Shown here piece after piece: positions 11,021 to 22,964 of a stretch of 34,645 bases of DNA (positions are counted from its first letter, which is position 1; the number at the start of each line of letters is the position of its first letter). The notes under the pieces were generated by a model. That model was not told the DNA's origin and did no database searches. It saw nothing but the letters and a program-made list of their open reading frames with translations. This stretch comes from Macrostomum lignano (Eukaryota). Location: the NCBI GenBank assembly GCA_002269645.1, contig NIVC01004808.1, positions 1-34,645 on the forward strand. Direction: 5' to 3'. The translations under genes were made by a program, and so were the position numbers.

Positions 11021-11310
11021 CTGCCAGCGCTAACTAGGTAGGGCCCAGGCCTCTTGTTAGCATCGCCGCCAGCAGCCTGACAGACGGCCTCCTTGGCATT
11101 GTCTGGCGCCCAGGCTACGGCCTCAACAACATTCTCGTGCTCGCGCAGGTCCGCTTTGCACTCCTTGGTTGCTACGAGCCACACGCGGACTGAGTGATCG
11201 TTTGAGCACGAGGCGATTAAAGTACCGTCTGGGGACACTCGAACCATCCGGACCCACTGCTGGTGTCCGGCTAGGGTCTTCACGCAGTAGCCGGTGGACA
11301 CCTCCCACAC
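11021..11310 (-). CDS. PAFAH1B1: LIS1/PAFAH1B1 exon 2
   Basis: Acceptor cactttcag|GTG and donor GGC AG|gtaact (phase 2). Encodes [44 protein letters not shown]...[15 protein letters not shown]. Confidence 0.95.
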
Positions 11311-11425
11311 CTGAAAGTGAAGCATTTGTTAAAATACACATTGAAATGTATACTGTTACAGCTACTGAGCTCTGCAATATGAACATCTGAAAATATGTAA
11401 TGATCTGCGCAATGAAGAACTGAAA

Positions 11426-12225
11426 CTGAAGGCCTGAAGCTACACATTCACTCAAACCTGAAGGCCTGAAGCTACACATTCACTCGAGCCTGAAGGCCTG
11501 AAGCTACACATTCACTCGAACCTGAAGGCCTGAAGCTACACATTCACTCGAATCTGAAGACCTGAAGCTACAGACTCACTCGAACCTGAAGCTACACATT
11601 CACTCAAACCTGAAGGCCTGAAGCCATAGACTCACTCGAACCTGAAGGCCTGAAGCTACACATTCACTCGAACCTGAAGCTACACATTCACTCAAATCTG
11701 AAGGCCTGAAGCCATAGACTCACTCGAACCTGAAGGCCTGAAGCTACACATTCACTCGAACCTGAAGCTACACATTCACTCAAATCTGAAGGCCTGAAGC
11801 CATAGACTCACTCGAACCTGAAGGCCTGAAGCTACACATTCACTCGAACCTGAAGGCCTGAAGCTACACATTCACTCGAACCTGAAGCTACACATTCACT
11901 CGTACCTGAAGGCTTGAAGCTACACATTCACTGGAACCTGAAGGCCTGAAGCTACAAATTCACTCGAACTTGAAGGCCTGAAGCTAGAAATTCACTCGAA
12001 CCTGAAGGCCTAAAGCTACACATTCACTCGAACCTGAAGGCCTGAAGCTACACATTCACTCGAACCTGAAGACCTGAAGCTACACATTCACTGGAACCTG
12101 AAGGCCTGAAGCTATACATTCACTCGAACCTGAAGGCCTGAAGCTATACATTCACTCGAACCTGAAGGCCTGAAGGTGCAAATTCACTGGAACCTGAAGG
12201 CCTGAAGCTACACATTCACTGGAAC
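11426..12225. repeat. 32-bp minisatellite (with 24-bp variant), ~25 copies, filling LIS1 intron 1 (11311-12229)
   Basis: Unit CTGAAGGCCTGAAGCTACACATTCACTCGAAC. Confidence 0.97.
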
Positions 12226-12229
12226 TCAC

Positions 12230-12874
12230 CTTAATCAGCTGATCTCTCCCGGCAGACACCAGGAAATCCCCAGACGGTGTGAAATGCACCGAGGACACGT
12301 TGTGATCGTGGCCAGACAGTGTCTTCAAGCATTCGTAAGTAGTGAAATCCCACAATTTGACTTGCAGATCGTGAGAACAAGAGGCCAAAAGTTTGCCTGA
12401 AGCATCGAAAGCCAAGTCTTGCACAGAGTTAGTGTGGCCCTTCATCGTGCGCTCAAACTCGCCAGATTCATAATCCCACACCTTGATAGTGGCATCCTCA
12501 CTGGCTGAGACCATCTGAGCATAGATCGGGTGGAATTTCACGCAGGTGACTGGGCCCCGGTGACCCGGGAACTCATACTTCGCCGGCGGCCTCGGGATCC
12601 ACTCAGTAGGGGATCGTTTATCCCTCGATGGAGCACCAACGTTAATTTCGCTCTCAGCCTCCGATAATTTCTTTTCTAAATCGTGCACCTTCTTTTGCAA
12701 ACGAATCACTGATGTCCATTTCTTTTGCAGCAGGTCCTCATATTTTTTGTCAATTTCGCCTTGCAGCTCGGATTCTTCTTTGAACTGTTCAAATGTTTTT
12801 GTATAGCCCTGCGATTTCAGGTAATCGGCTATGGCTTTGTTCAGTTCTTCTCTCTGTCGTTGAGACAAAACCAT
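12230..12874 (-). CDS. PAFAH1B1: LIS1/PAFAH1B1 coding exon 1 (LisH, coiled coil, first WD40 repeats)
   Basis: [19 protein letters not shown]...[13 protein letters not shown]...[10 protein letters not shown]...[13 protein letters not shown]...[24 protein letters not shown]. Start context caccATGG, donor AAG|gtgagt. The three exons total 1221 nt = 406 aa plus stop. Confidence 0.97.
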
Positions 12875-13629
12875 GGTGACTTGGAGATGAATTGTGAGGT
12901 GAGAGCTGGCATGCATAAAGTTGATGATAGTCAGTACATTGATCACACTGGAGCCTTTTTGTCATTGCATTATAAATGCCCGTGCATATCTGTTCATTTA
13001 AGACATTCAAACACAGGATTCGACACTTACATAAGCTACTCATTTTCATTTTGTCATTTTTTTTATTTTCAAGTTCATGTTGTAATTCAGTTCATAATCA
13101 GTATATCAGTATACTTTACTTATAGATCTATTGTTGTTGCTCAAACAAACAGAACTTAATTTAACTAGTAGTGTTTCATCATAATTAAAAAGTACAAAGG
13201 CAATAAAAAGTCCTGTCACTTTAACATTAACATTTATTTTTGCTATAAACAGCAAAAATAAACGTTTATAATATTGTCATATGAGAAAATGACATTAATG
13301 TAAAAAATTCCAGGCTCTGTTGTAACATACAAGAAGTTTTAAGTGTCTATGGCCATTCTTTCTCCTCATTTGTCAATTTAGGACCATAGACATATAGGCA
13401 TAGGTATTTATGGGCCTAGATTCACTGTAAAAGGAAAAAGAATGTCAGGATAAATTTTAATTTGTTGGCATGGTCTTACCATACTTCAAAAATGATCAAT
13501 CAGTTAATCAATTATTCAAATTTGCCTGGAGAAGTTCTATTTGGTATGTCAATCAAAGAGCTAGCCTGGATTTCAGTGGAGTCAAACAGCCAGTATTTGG
13601 AGGAATTGAGCAAGGAATTGGCAGACAAG

Positions 13630-13955
13630 ATTGAGTCAGAAGAGATTCTTGACATTCCAGCACTGGTCACAAGAATCCAGAAAGTGTAGAATGATACTCA
13701 AGGATTAGGAGAGACGCCAACTTTAGAACTATGTCCAAAGCCCTGTCCATTGACACTAGTACATCAACTGTGTGCATTAAGCATGTGGGCCCTACTGGTA
13801 TAATGTCAATCAAGGAATTAGTAGGTACCTGCACAGTTCATCAAGCTAAAGGTCAACCACATTTGCCTTTGCCCATTTCAACAATCAGTGTCAATTTTTC
13901 TGACACATTTCAAAATTGTACATTTGATTTTGATTTTAAAGGCCTGAACAACTAG
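13630..13955 (+). mobile_element. Degenerate Crypton-like (DUF3504-type) tyrosine recombinase C-terminal remnant
   Basis: The frame starting 13662 reads TGHKNPESVE*YSRIRRDANFRTMSKALS...FQNCTFDF. This matches the TGH-x-S-x3-Y...MS motif and the terminal F-x-NCTF-x-F that I associate with DUF3504/Crypton proteins. It has an in-frame stop and an upstream frameshift. Confidence 0.5.
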
Positions 13956-14109
13956 CGGACCCAATGTTTTAATAATGAATAATTTGGCACATTAACGGCA
14001 ACTCAACTGACTAACTGTTGACTAACTTGTCTTCTAAAACCACATTGTATGCGCATGTTTTGTTTTGTTGCTTTGTTTGTATTCCATCTATTGAAATAAA
14101 AATCTCATG

Positions 14110-14285
14110 CCAATAAGAGTTTCTTGACTATTATGATAGTGAATGTTATATAAGCTAAAGACCAAAGCTCAAAGCATGCAATGGAAGCATCCCAATAAGT
14201 CCAAAGCATCCCAAAAGCCAAAATGGTACCATTTGATAAAGAAGTGGATAAGAGCACTATCTGGGATCAGCAAAGGACATAACAG
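14110..14285 (+). mobile_element. Mariner-type transposase fragment (degenerate)
   Basis: YKLKTKAQSMQWKHP resembles mariner Y-x-PETK-x-QSMQWKH. A shifted frame gives TIWDQQ, resembling TVFWD. The catalytic GDE is not intact. Confidence 0.6.
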
Positions 14286-14802
14286 TCATGGGAGACCTAT
14301 TCATTGCTACATTGACTACATAGGCATCCTTGGTAAACCAGTTGTTACAAATACTAAGTTGAAGACTAGTATAATATAGGCATTTAAAAGCTCCCAAAGT
14401 ACTGGGTTGAGCCACCAAGTGTGTCATTGCACTTTGAGATTGCCTTTAGAAGGCAGAAATTCTACCATAGGATAGAGTAATCCAAACTCAGAGCTTAAAG
14501 AAACCACCTTAGGACAGAATACCCAGTGAGTAAGCTGTGACCCTCTGATCCTGGGAACGTCCAGGACTGAGTATAAAAAACCTTAGAGTATAGATAGGAA
14601 TTAGACAGTGCCATAAGACCACTTAGGCCAAAAGTACAATACATGTACATATGCTACCAGTAGATCAATACATGCACTACTAGTAGATATATATGCTACC
14701 AGAAGTACAACATCTATAAAAGTACAAGTATTATAAGAACTAATTAATATAACTTTGGAAACTTAACAGAGATTTTAATAAAGAGAAGTTTAGCCTTCTG
14801 AC

Positions 14803-15595
14803 TAGTGATAGATCCAAATCTGAATCTAAAAAAGTCTCATTTTTTTAGAAATCCAAGTGTTTTGGATTTGGAAATTTTATTTTTTGAATTTCCAAATATG
14901 AAAAAATATAAAAAACAAAACAAAATTATACAAACATAAAAGAAATACAACTTTTGAAAAAAGAAAGTAAATTAAAAAATGAAGATTATACTAAATTTAA
15001 AATCATATTGTACATTTTTACAATTGTCTATTTTTGCAATAACATATTTTTAAAAAGTGTTATTAAATAAAAATTTACTTAACTTTGGGCCCTTTGAGGC
15101 ATTTAACTTAAAGTTAAAAAAACATTTTTTAGGTTATCATTATTTAAGTATTTAATAATTACTTTGTTTTTTTCAAAATGCAAATGCAATGGACTTTTGA
15201 ACATGCAGTGCACATGGTAAAGTTATCAAATAGCACAAATATAATGTCAGCTCTAGTATTAGACTATTAGTAATTGGAATTAGTTAGATTAGATATATTA
15301 GAATTAAGTTTAATTACAAGTTCAATTCAATTTAGATACTAGATAGATATAGTATTATAAGCCTAAGATAGATTGAATCTTGTTAGTATAAATTAATGTA
15401 CACCACTAATATGATTACTAACTAGATAACAAGACATTTTTGTTACTGAAAGGTGTCATAGTTATACCCACTATTTACCTTTCATTTTTTCGATATTTGG
15501 AAACATTTAGATATTTGGATTCAGATTTAGAATTGTTTTGTACATTTGGATTTGGTTTCAGAAACTTACAAAAATCTACATTTGGTCTATCACTA
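14803..15595. mobile_element. Non-autonomous hAT-like MITE
   Basis: TIRs TAGTGATAGATCCAAAT and ATTTGG-TCTATCACTA. Flanks cttctgac and tctctgac (6/8 identical) suggest an 8-bp TSD. Subterminal TTTGGATT(T/C) motifs, AT-rich non-coding interior. Confidence 0.7.
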
Positions 15596-15885
15596 TCTCT
15601 GACAACTTGGTGGCAGTTTGTATGATTATATCAGGGATAGAAGTAACCCTTGCATCAACTTTGGTAGCAACTTTAGGAAATTTATAAGGTAGGAATAATA
15701 AAAAGGAGCCTTACAACAAATTGTAAATCTATTTCAATCACAATTATATAAAGTAAGCAGATTTAGGGGGAGGGCAGCTGCCCCTCTAAAATAGCTTGAT
15801 GAAACATATTGCACCCCAAAAAAACCTAAGTTTGCACTCTTTAAACTTGATTATTTGCTTCCTATACACATTTTTATGCCCCTAG

Positions 15886-16452
15886 CCATAGTCAGGAAGG
15901 TGGCCTTGGGCTTTGCCATGGAAAATTCCGGCGCACACAAGGGGTCCTTGGCACACTTGGCGCACAATCATGGCGCACACTGAGGTCCCTGGCATATACA
16001 GTGCACAATCATGGCACATACAAGGTCCCTAGCACATACTGCGCATAATTGTGGCACATAAGGTCCTTGACATGCATGAAAATTGTAATGCAAATTAACA
16101 ATTTTACATAAAATAAAAGAGATCTACAGTATAGTCTAGAAAGTCAATGATAAACTTTTTGCTTCTTTAAAATTAACAGTAAATAAAGTTAGTATAAATT
16201 ATTGCTAAGAATGTCAATTTTGCATTACTCTATTTGTAGGTATAATTTAAGTTTGTTTAAAATGAAAATATGTATAACATTTTAAAAAGACTTTTCATAC
16301 GAGGCCTTTCTTAGAAAACTCTACTCGTGAAGAGTGGCCCACAGACGGCACGCAGACAGCGCATAAATGGCGCATAGATGGCGCATAGACAGCGCACAAA
16401 TCGTCCTAAAAAAATTATTCTAGCGCACACTGTGCCACCTTCTTGACTATGG
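15886..16452. mobile_element. Non-autonomous DNA transposon (567 bp), 19-bp TIRs, 8-bp TSD
   Basis: Left end CCATAGTCAGGAAGGTGGC and right end GCCACCTTCTTGACTATGG (18/19). Flanks gcccctag and gcccttag (7/8). Subterminal GCGCA(C/T)A repeats at both ends. Confidence 0.8.
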
Positions 16453-17907
16453 GCCCTTAGCTCAAAAATTGGCATCCCTCATACTAATGATGGCGCCTCA
16501 AACTAGGACTGCCCCCTCCTTAAAAGTGAAATTGTTCTCTTTTATCCCAGGTCCAATTTTTGTTAATTTTTTGCCAAATTCAGCTTTTGCTTTTTTGGTG
16601 TCACTATGACAATGAGCAGAATGATGTATCCATATCCAATTTATGAGCCTAATAAGTTGACAGGCAGGCTTTTAATTAAGCTAAGTTAGCTGTATAAGTA
16701 ATAATATAGTTTTTAGTATGCTATCACGACACAAAAAAGCTATGAACTTCATACCATACCATGTCTATAATATCATAAAATGAAACATAGGTGGCTAGGC
16801 CTAATCTATTTAACTAATTTTGATTCATTCTTAATGCTTTAGCATGCACCAACGTAGCTTGCTTTTAATAATTAAAAAAATATGAATGCATGAACAAACA
16901 AGTAAAGTTGTTTTTTTAGTTAAACTTATAAGGGTAAGTTTAATTCATTTTAAGTTTAACATAGGCCCTATCCAGGTATTAACCAAATTTCGTTGAAAAC
17001 ATAAATAATTGACGACACAGCAACATAGTCAGTTACAAACTGTACGTGGGCATCTAGTTTTCGCCCTCTCCGAAACTTCATTTTTAGGGGATACCATACA
17101 GGTATCTCCAGCAGTCCAGCCTACTTCAGACCTAAAGTATCTTATGAAAATTGAAAATTAAGAGGGTGAAGGGGTAAATATATTCTTAGAAAAAAACGTA
17201 AAATTTAAAAACCGAAGTAAATTCTCAAGCAAGTGAAGTTTTTATGTTTATATTCAGAATATGCTACTTAATTAAGACTTTCTATGCTAGAAGTGATTTA
17301 CTTATTGAAAACTTTTTTTTAATAATTTAAACAGGATTTGTTTCACTGTTAACAAATGCCTTAAAAAAACAATGCGTTTTCTACCGCATAAGTCAATAGC
17401 GAAAAAGTGTCAATTGACAAGCGTCTTGAAATAATGTTGGTTTTATAAACATGGTGCCCTAATCGTTCTCAAGAGAACTCATTTTTACATACATTTACAG
17501 TATGGTTGAAACACAAAATTAAATCTTCGATCCAGCGGCCAGCTTGAGACCACCGATCAAAGTTTTAATATCTGTGTTTTAGACAGACTTGCTTTAAAAA
17601 CGGTCTCTGCGTTCTTCCCAGGCTTCAATACTGATTAAATAGACAATAAAAGACAATGAGGAAGCAAATACTTTTTCTATTGGATTATTGTATCCAAATT
17701 TGTTCGGAAAAGTTCACTAGCACACTGACAGAGAAGAACAAGAACTGAAGAGAGAAAAGTATAAAAAGCCTTGGAGGCTGAAAGTTGATTCGTTCTTTAA
17801 AAACTCTTTGTACTGGTCCTGCTTTAAACCACAACTTTTTTACCTCAACCACTTATCCTCGATACGTCACCTACAGCGGCTAGCTAAATTATAACTGTGA
17901 GTTGGTT

Positions 17908-18140
17908 GGCGCCTAATTGAATATATCTCTGTGCATGGCACCAATTTGAGTACTTTTAGGGCACCAATTTGAGTATCTCTGTGGCGCCAATTTGAGTACT
18001 TTTAGGGCCCCTATTTGAGTATCGCTGGGGCGCAATTTAAGAATCTAGGTGGCGCCACTTGAGTATCTCGTGGCGCCTAATTTGAGTATCTTACAAGCGC
18101 CAATTGAGTATCTTTCAAACGCCATTATGAGTTATCTTCG
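17908..18140. repeat. Degenerate ~23-bp tandem array, ~10 copies (GGCGCCAATTTGAGTAT core)
   Basis: Conserved core separated by variable 5-8 nt segments. Confidence 0.85.
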
Positions 18141-18156
18141 AGGCAGGGCCGCACAC

Positions 18157-18564
<408 letters not shown>

Positions 18565-18959
18565 CAGTGTTATATTCCATATACTAAAAATGATTTGTCT
18601 TGCACTGCTAATGCTCAAAAAGGGCCTCGATCAAAAGCTTTCCTAGAAAAGTCACATCTCCAATCCTTGCAAACAAATCCTCGACTGTATAAACCGCTAA
18701 AACAATTCCTTCGTGTTGTGTCAGCGCAAGTTTAAATAGAGCACCGCTACCGCTACCGCAAATTTTGACATTTAAATTAGGAAATTTTAATTTTTCCCAA
18801 GGTGGAAATTCTGAGCTCGTGTATTTTCATTATCAGTTTCGACCGCTTCATCTGGTGGCTGTCCTCGCACTGAATATTTCAGTTTGCACAAATTTCAGGA
18901 AATGTCAAAGTTGCTTCGAAGCCAATTGAGCGCTCGAATTCGCCGGTTGCAGCAGCGGC

Positions 18960-19620
18960 AGCTTCTCTGCAGTCATGCTGGTACTGCTACAGAAGCAGCA
19001 TCTCGAACTCCTTCCATGCCAAATAACTCCCTCTGCATAAGCACCTTCGATGGCAGCAGATGAGTTTTTGTACTCTCCGTTCGGGTGGATGAGATGACAC
19101 GCATCGAACCACCAGGCACCTTTATAACGGATTGCGCTGTTTTTAGTAGAATCGGTGTCGTGATGGGCGTCCTTCGTGCTGAACTGCATGCCGCTGCTGT
19201 AGGTGAGGCTGTCGCCAATGCCGGCGCTGCCGGAGAAGCCGGAAGACGCTCAGTCGGTATTTGTCGGACTCGGGACCCACGGAGAAGCTGAAGTACTCGG
19301 CCCAGTGCTCAGAGTTGTTCCGCGCCTTCATCAGGATCCTCAGCTTCATAGGACCAGAAGCAGTGAGAGCGTGGAGAGAGTTCAGTCCTGGGAAGATGCG
19401 GGCGTCATGGCACTGTTTGTCATTGAAATCCGAACTGGAAAAGCAAGCGCATGCAGTACATCCGGGATGCACTCACCGATCCCGTAGTTTCCGTCAGGTC
19501 CCCCCCCCCCCGAACTCGCTCTGGTACTGAGTCCAGTTGCAGTGAAAGAAATTTGTCTCTCTCTACTTGGTTGTAGAGAGCTTGTCTGTCGGGTCCTCAC
19601 AGAACAACGGTCGAGCCAAT
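18960..19620 (-). pseudogene. Fibrinogen-related domain (FReD; ficolin/tenascin-like) pseudogene
   Basis: Reconstructed as NWTQYQSEFG..PDGNYGIG|(intron 19388-19476, gtgagt...cccag)|LNSLHALT...KYRLSV/SGFSGSAGIGDSLTYSSGMQFSTKD...YKGAWWFDACH. Frameshifts in the 12-G run (19500-19511), at ~19244 and near 19540. W>G in NYW and C>S in NCA. Confidence 0.85.
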
Positions 19621-19716
19621 TCTGATTCGCTCGAGACTCTTCTTGGACTTGTTGTGATCCCTTGCAGGGTGTCCAGACAGCATGATAGAGAGAATGCCTC
19701 CATCGTACATGGGAGT

Positions 19717-19900
19717 TGTAGTGTGCGTACGCACGGTATGTAAGCCCAACGTGTACGCCCGGGCGGTCTGATTGGCTGCAGAGCGGGGTGGGTGCCACCA
19801 CCCCAATTCTAGCTCTAAATATATAGATGTGTGCCCAGCGCGGCGAGAGTGTCAGAGTTTCGGCTACACAGCAAACACGGCTTCTGTCTCAGGTACTACA
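19717..19900 (+). mobile_element. 5' LTR (184 bp) of a Ty3/Gypsy element
   Basis: Begins TGTAGT and ends ACTACA (inverted termini). Contains a reverse CCAAT box (GATTGG) and a TATA-like TAAATATATAG. Followed by the PBS-like TGGCGTCGC at 19902. Confidence 0.75.
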
Positions 19901-19928
19901 ATGGCGTCGCAAGCGAACCCTTAAAATC

Positions 19929-22570
19929 ATGACTCAGCAATTCTCACTCGCGCCACCCGGCTCGTTTACAATCGATAGCGATTGCAACTCCACTGCACAG
20001 CGCTGGACTGCATGGACTCGTCGCTTCGCCACTTGGATGGAAAGAATAACATTGTGTTCCTGCTTTTCAAGTTTCAGACCTGCAGACAGCAGCCTGGCGA
20101 GCCGATCGACCAGTGGTATCAGCGTCTGCACAAGGCGGTGGAGCCGTGCGAGTTCGGGTCCCTCAGAGACTCACTGATCCGAGACAAAATCGTCGCCTAC
20201 TGCGAGTCCGAGAGACTTAGGAGAGACTTCTTGCAGACCAACAGCATCTCCCTGGCAGATGTGCTCAAAAAGGCGAGGGCGAAAGAAACCGCGGAGCAGC
20301 AGGCCACCGCAATGGAGAGCGACAGACCAGGAGAACCGCAGCAGCTCGCAACAGTCAGAAGAGACGGGCAGCCGCCAAGACCGCAGGCACCGACGCAGCG
20401 CGTATTCTGCTATCACTGCGGGAGACCGGGGCACCCCACGTGCACCGCAGCGCAGGGCAAGAGCTGCAGAAAGTGCGGGAAGCCGGGCCACTTCGCACGA
20501 GCCTGTAGGTCAACGCCGTCGCAACGCTGCAAGGCAAGACCAGCTACCAGAAGGTGGACGACCCGGACTCTGGCGTGTTCGAGGTCGACCAGGGTGAGCT
20601 GTCGGCCCACACAGTAGCCGAGATCAACGGTTCCAGACTGTCGGTGTTAATCGACAGCGGCGCGGCTCGAAATGTGATCAAACGGGCCATGTTCGAGAGC
20701 CTGAGACAGCGACCGCACCTGCAGACCACCTCGGACAGGCTGTTCGCGTACGGGTCGGACCGGCCGATGCAGCTGCTGGGCAAGGCGGCGATGACCGTCC
20801 ACATTTTCGGCCGGCAGGCAGTCGCCACGTTCGACGTCGTCGAAGGGAGAGGCATCACCATCATCGGCAGGCAGACGGCCACTCAGATGGACATCCTGCG
20901 TGTCGGACCACCACCTAATGCCGGCCAGCAGGTGCTGCAGGTCGCTGAAGTGGAGGCGGTGGTCGACGGCCTCCTTAGCGGCACGATATCCAGCGGAGTG
21001 CCTCAAAAACACGTCGAGGACATCGGAAGGGTGCTGGCATGCCAGCGTGTTCAGCGGCATCGGCTGCTTCACTGGACCGCCTGCCGGCATCCACCTCACC
21101 GACAGCGCACGCCCGGTCTGCGATGGGCCTTCGAAGGTGCCGATCCATCTGGCAGACGTGGTGAACAAGGAACTGCAGCTACTGGAGCAGCTCGGGATCA
21201 TTGAGCCCGTCGACGGTCCAGCGCCGTGGGTTGCGCGGATGGTCGTCGTGCTCAAGAAGGAGCCGAGCGAGGTGCGCATCACGCAGGACCTCCGCGATGT
21301 CAACCGCTTCGTCATCCGCGAGCGGCACCAGATTCTCGAGGAGTTGACCGGGGACATGGCCGGCAGCACTGTGTTCGATCTGAGCTGGACATCGCGAAGG
21401 CGTTCTACCAGGTGCCTGTGGCAGAGAAATGCCGCAACCTGCTGACATTGTCAACGCCTCGCGGACTTCGCCGTCTCACCCGGCTGTGCATGGGCCTGTC
21501 CACCTCCCAGGAGATCCTGCAGAATGTGATGAGTCGAGTGCTGGCAGGCCTGCCCAACGTCAAATGGATCCACAACGACGTGGTCGTGTTCGGCCGCACG
21601 ATGGCGGAGCACAACAGCAGCCTTGAGGCATGTCTGGCCCGCCTGGCGCAGCACGGCATCACGCTGAACGCTCGGAAGTGCCGACTGGCGCGCAGCAGCA
21701 TCGAGTTCATGGGAATGCGGCTCACGGCGGAAGGAGTCCAGGCCACCGAAAGCAAGGTCGCCGCCGTTCGAGACTTCAAGGAGGCGGGACGATTGGACAC
21801 CTTCGCTCATTCCTAGGCCTCGTGAACTACTCGTACCTCGCCGTGTTCACGCCACAGCTAGCCAAGGTGGCGGAACCGCTGCGGCGTCTGACCAGGGAGG
21901 GTGTCAACTGGCAGTGGGGCGCCGACCAGGCCAGCGCCTTTGAGCAGCTGAAGCGCAGCATCGCGGAGCCGACAACGCTGGCTTTCTACGATAAGCAGCT
22001 GCTCATGCAGCTGATCGTGGACGCGGGGCCGACCGGACTGGGCGCCATCCTGGCGCAGGTGCAGCGCGACGGCAGCTCGAGGCTGGTTGCATACGCCAGC
22101 CGAACCCTATCCGACGTCGAGCGGCGATACTCGCAAACCGATAAGGAGGGACTGGTCTTCGAGGAGGCCTGAACTTTGAGTACTACCTGCATGGATCGCC
22201 CCAGTTCACAGTGGTCTTCGATCACAAGCCGCTGACTGCCATGTTCGCGGCTGCCTCCACGAGTCGAGCGAATGGCGCTGAGGATCCAGCACCTAGTGTT
22301 CAAGGTCGAGTACCAGCCGGGAGCCTCCAATGCTGCAGACGTACTCAGCAGGCAGCCCGGAAGCTTTGGCGAGCATCAAGGGAGGCCTACATCAACGAGG
22401 TGGCGCAGGCGGCTGTCCCGTTGGCGTTGACGCTCCAGGACATCCGCAAGAGCTCTGCCAGCGACCTAGTCATCCGGGCGGCGAAAGCGGCGACGCAAGG
22501 CGGCCGGTGGGATCGCTCCAATTCCGAGATACGCTGTCTGCTCGGGGTCCTCCCTCGGCACCAGCGAATC
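19929..22570 (+). mobile_element. Decayed Ty3/Gypsy (Mag-like) retrotransposon: gag-PR-RT-RNase H, integrase and 3' LTR missing
   Basis: Gag start LAPPGSF..QRW..W.RRF, two Cys/His knuckles (CRKCGKPGHFARAC), protease LIDSGA, RT PWVARMVVV..DLRDVN..LDIAKAFYQ with the YxDD motif as IHND, RNase H IVDAGPTGLGAIL..VAYASRTL..YSQTDKE..DHKPL. Many frameshifts. Abrupt end at AT-rich DNA. Confidence 0.93.
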
Positions 22571-22901
22571 GGCCGAAAACTAAATTTAGAAATTTAAAGT
22601 TTTAAATTTTATGTGTATTTAAAAACTTTGGATACAATTTTAAATTTTAAGTGTAAAATAAACTTTCATTTCGATTAATATTTATAGTTATTTTACACTT
22701 TCGATTATCAATATTTGTCCAAAATCGTTAAAGTCAACACCGTAAAGCCGCAGATTCCAATTATGGTTTTGCCTGTTAAGCAGATGTAACAAGTCCGGTA
22801 TATTTACTTAGCGAAGGTGGCTAGCGTACAAATACTATAGGAGTAGTATATAGTATGCGCATTTCAGGTCTGGACGATTTACCAGTAGCTAAAAAGAAAT
22901 G

Positions 22902-22964
22902 TCTATCTTATCTTATGACTTGCGCTAATCCACGTCCAAGGCGCCTGTCACACGCCGCTTACAG
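22902..22964 (-). mobile_element. Possible 3' tail of an L2/CR1-clade LINE or partner SINE
   Basis: Minus strand reads ...GGCGCCTTGGAC..TTAGCGC..ATAAGATAAGATAG, a stem-loop-like end plus an (ATAAG)n tail. The match is short. Confidence 0.3.

Noticed and set aside
17908-18140. Mini-CRISPR-like repeat/spacer look
   Set aside because: Spacers are only 5-8 nt and related to each other, consistent with a degenerate tandem repeat.
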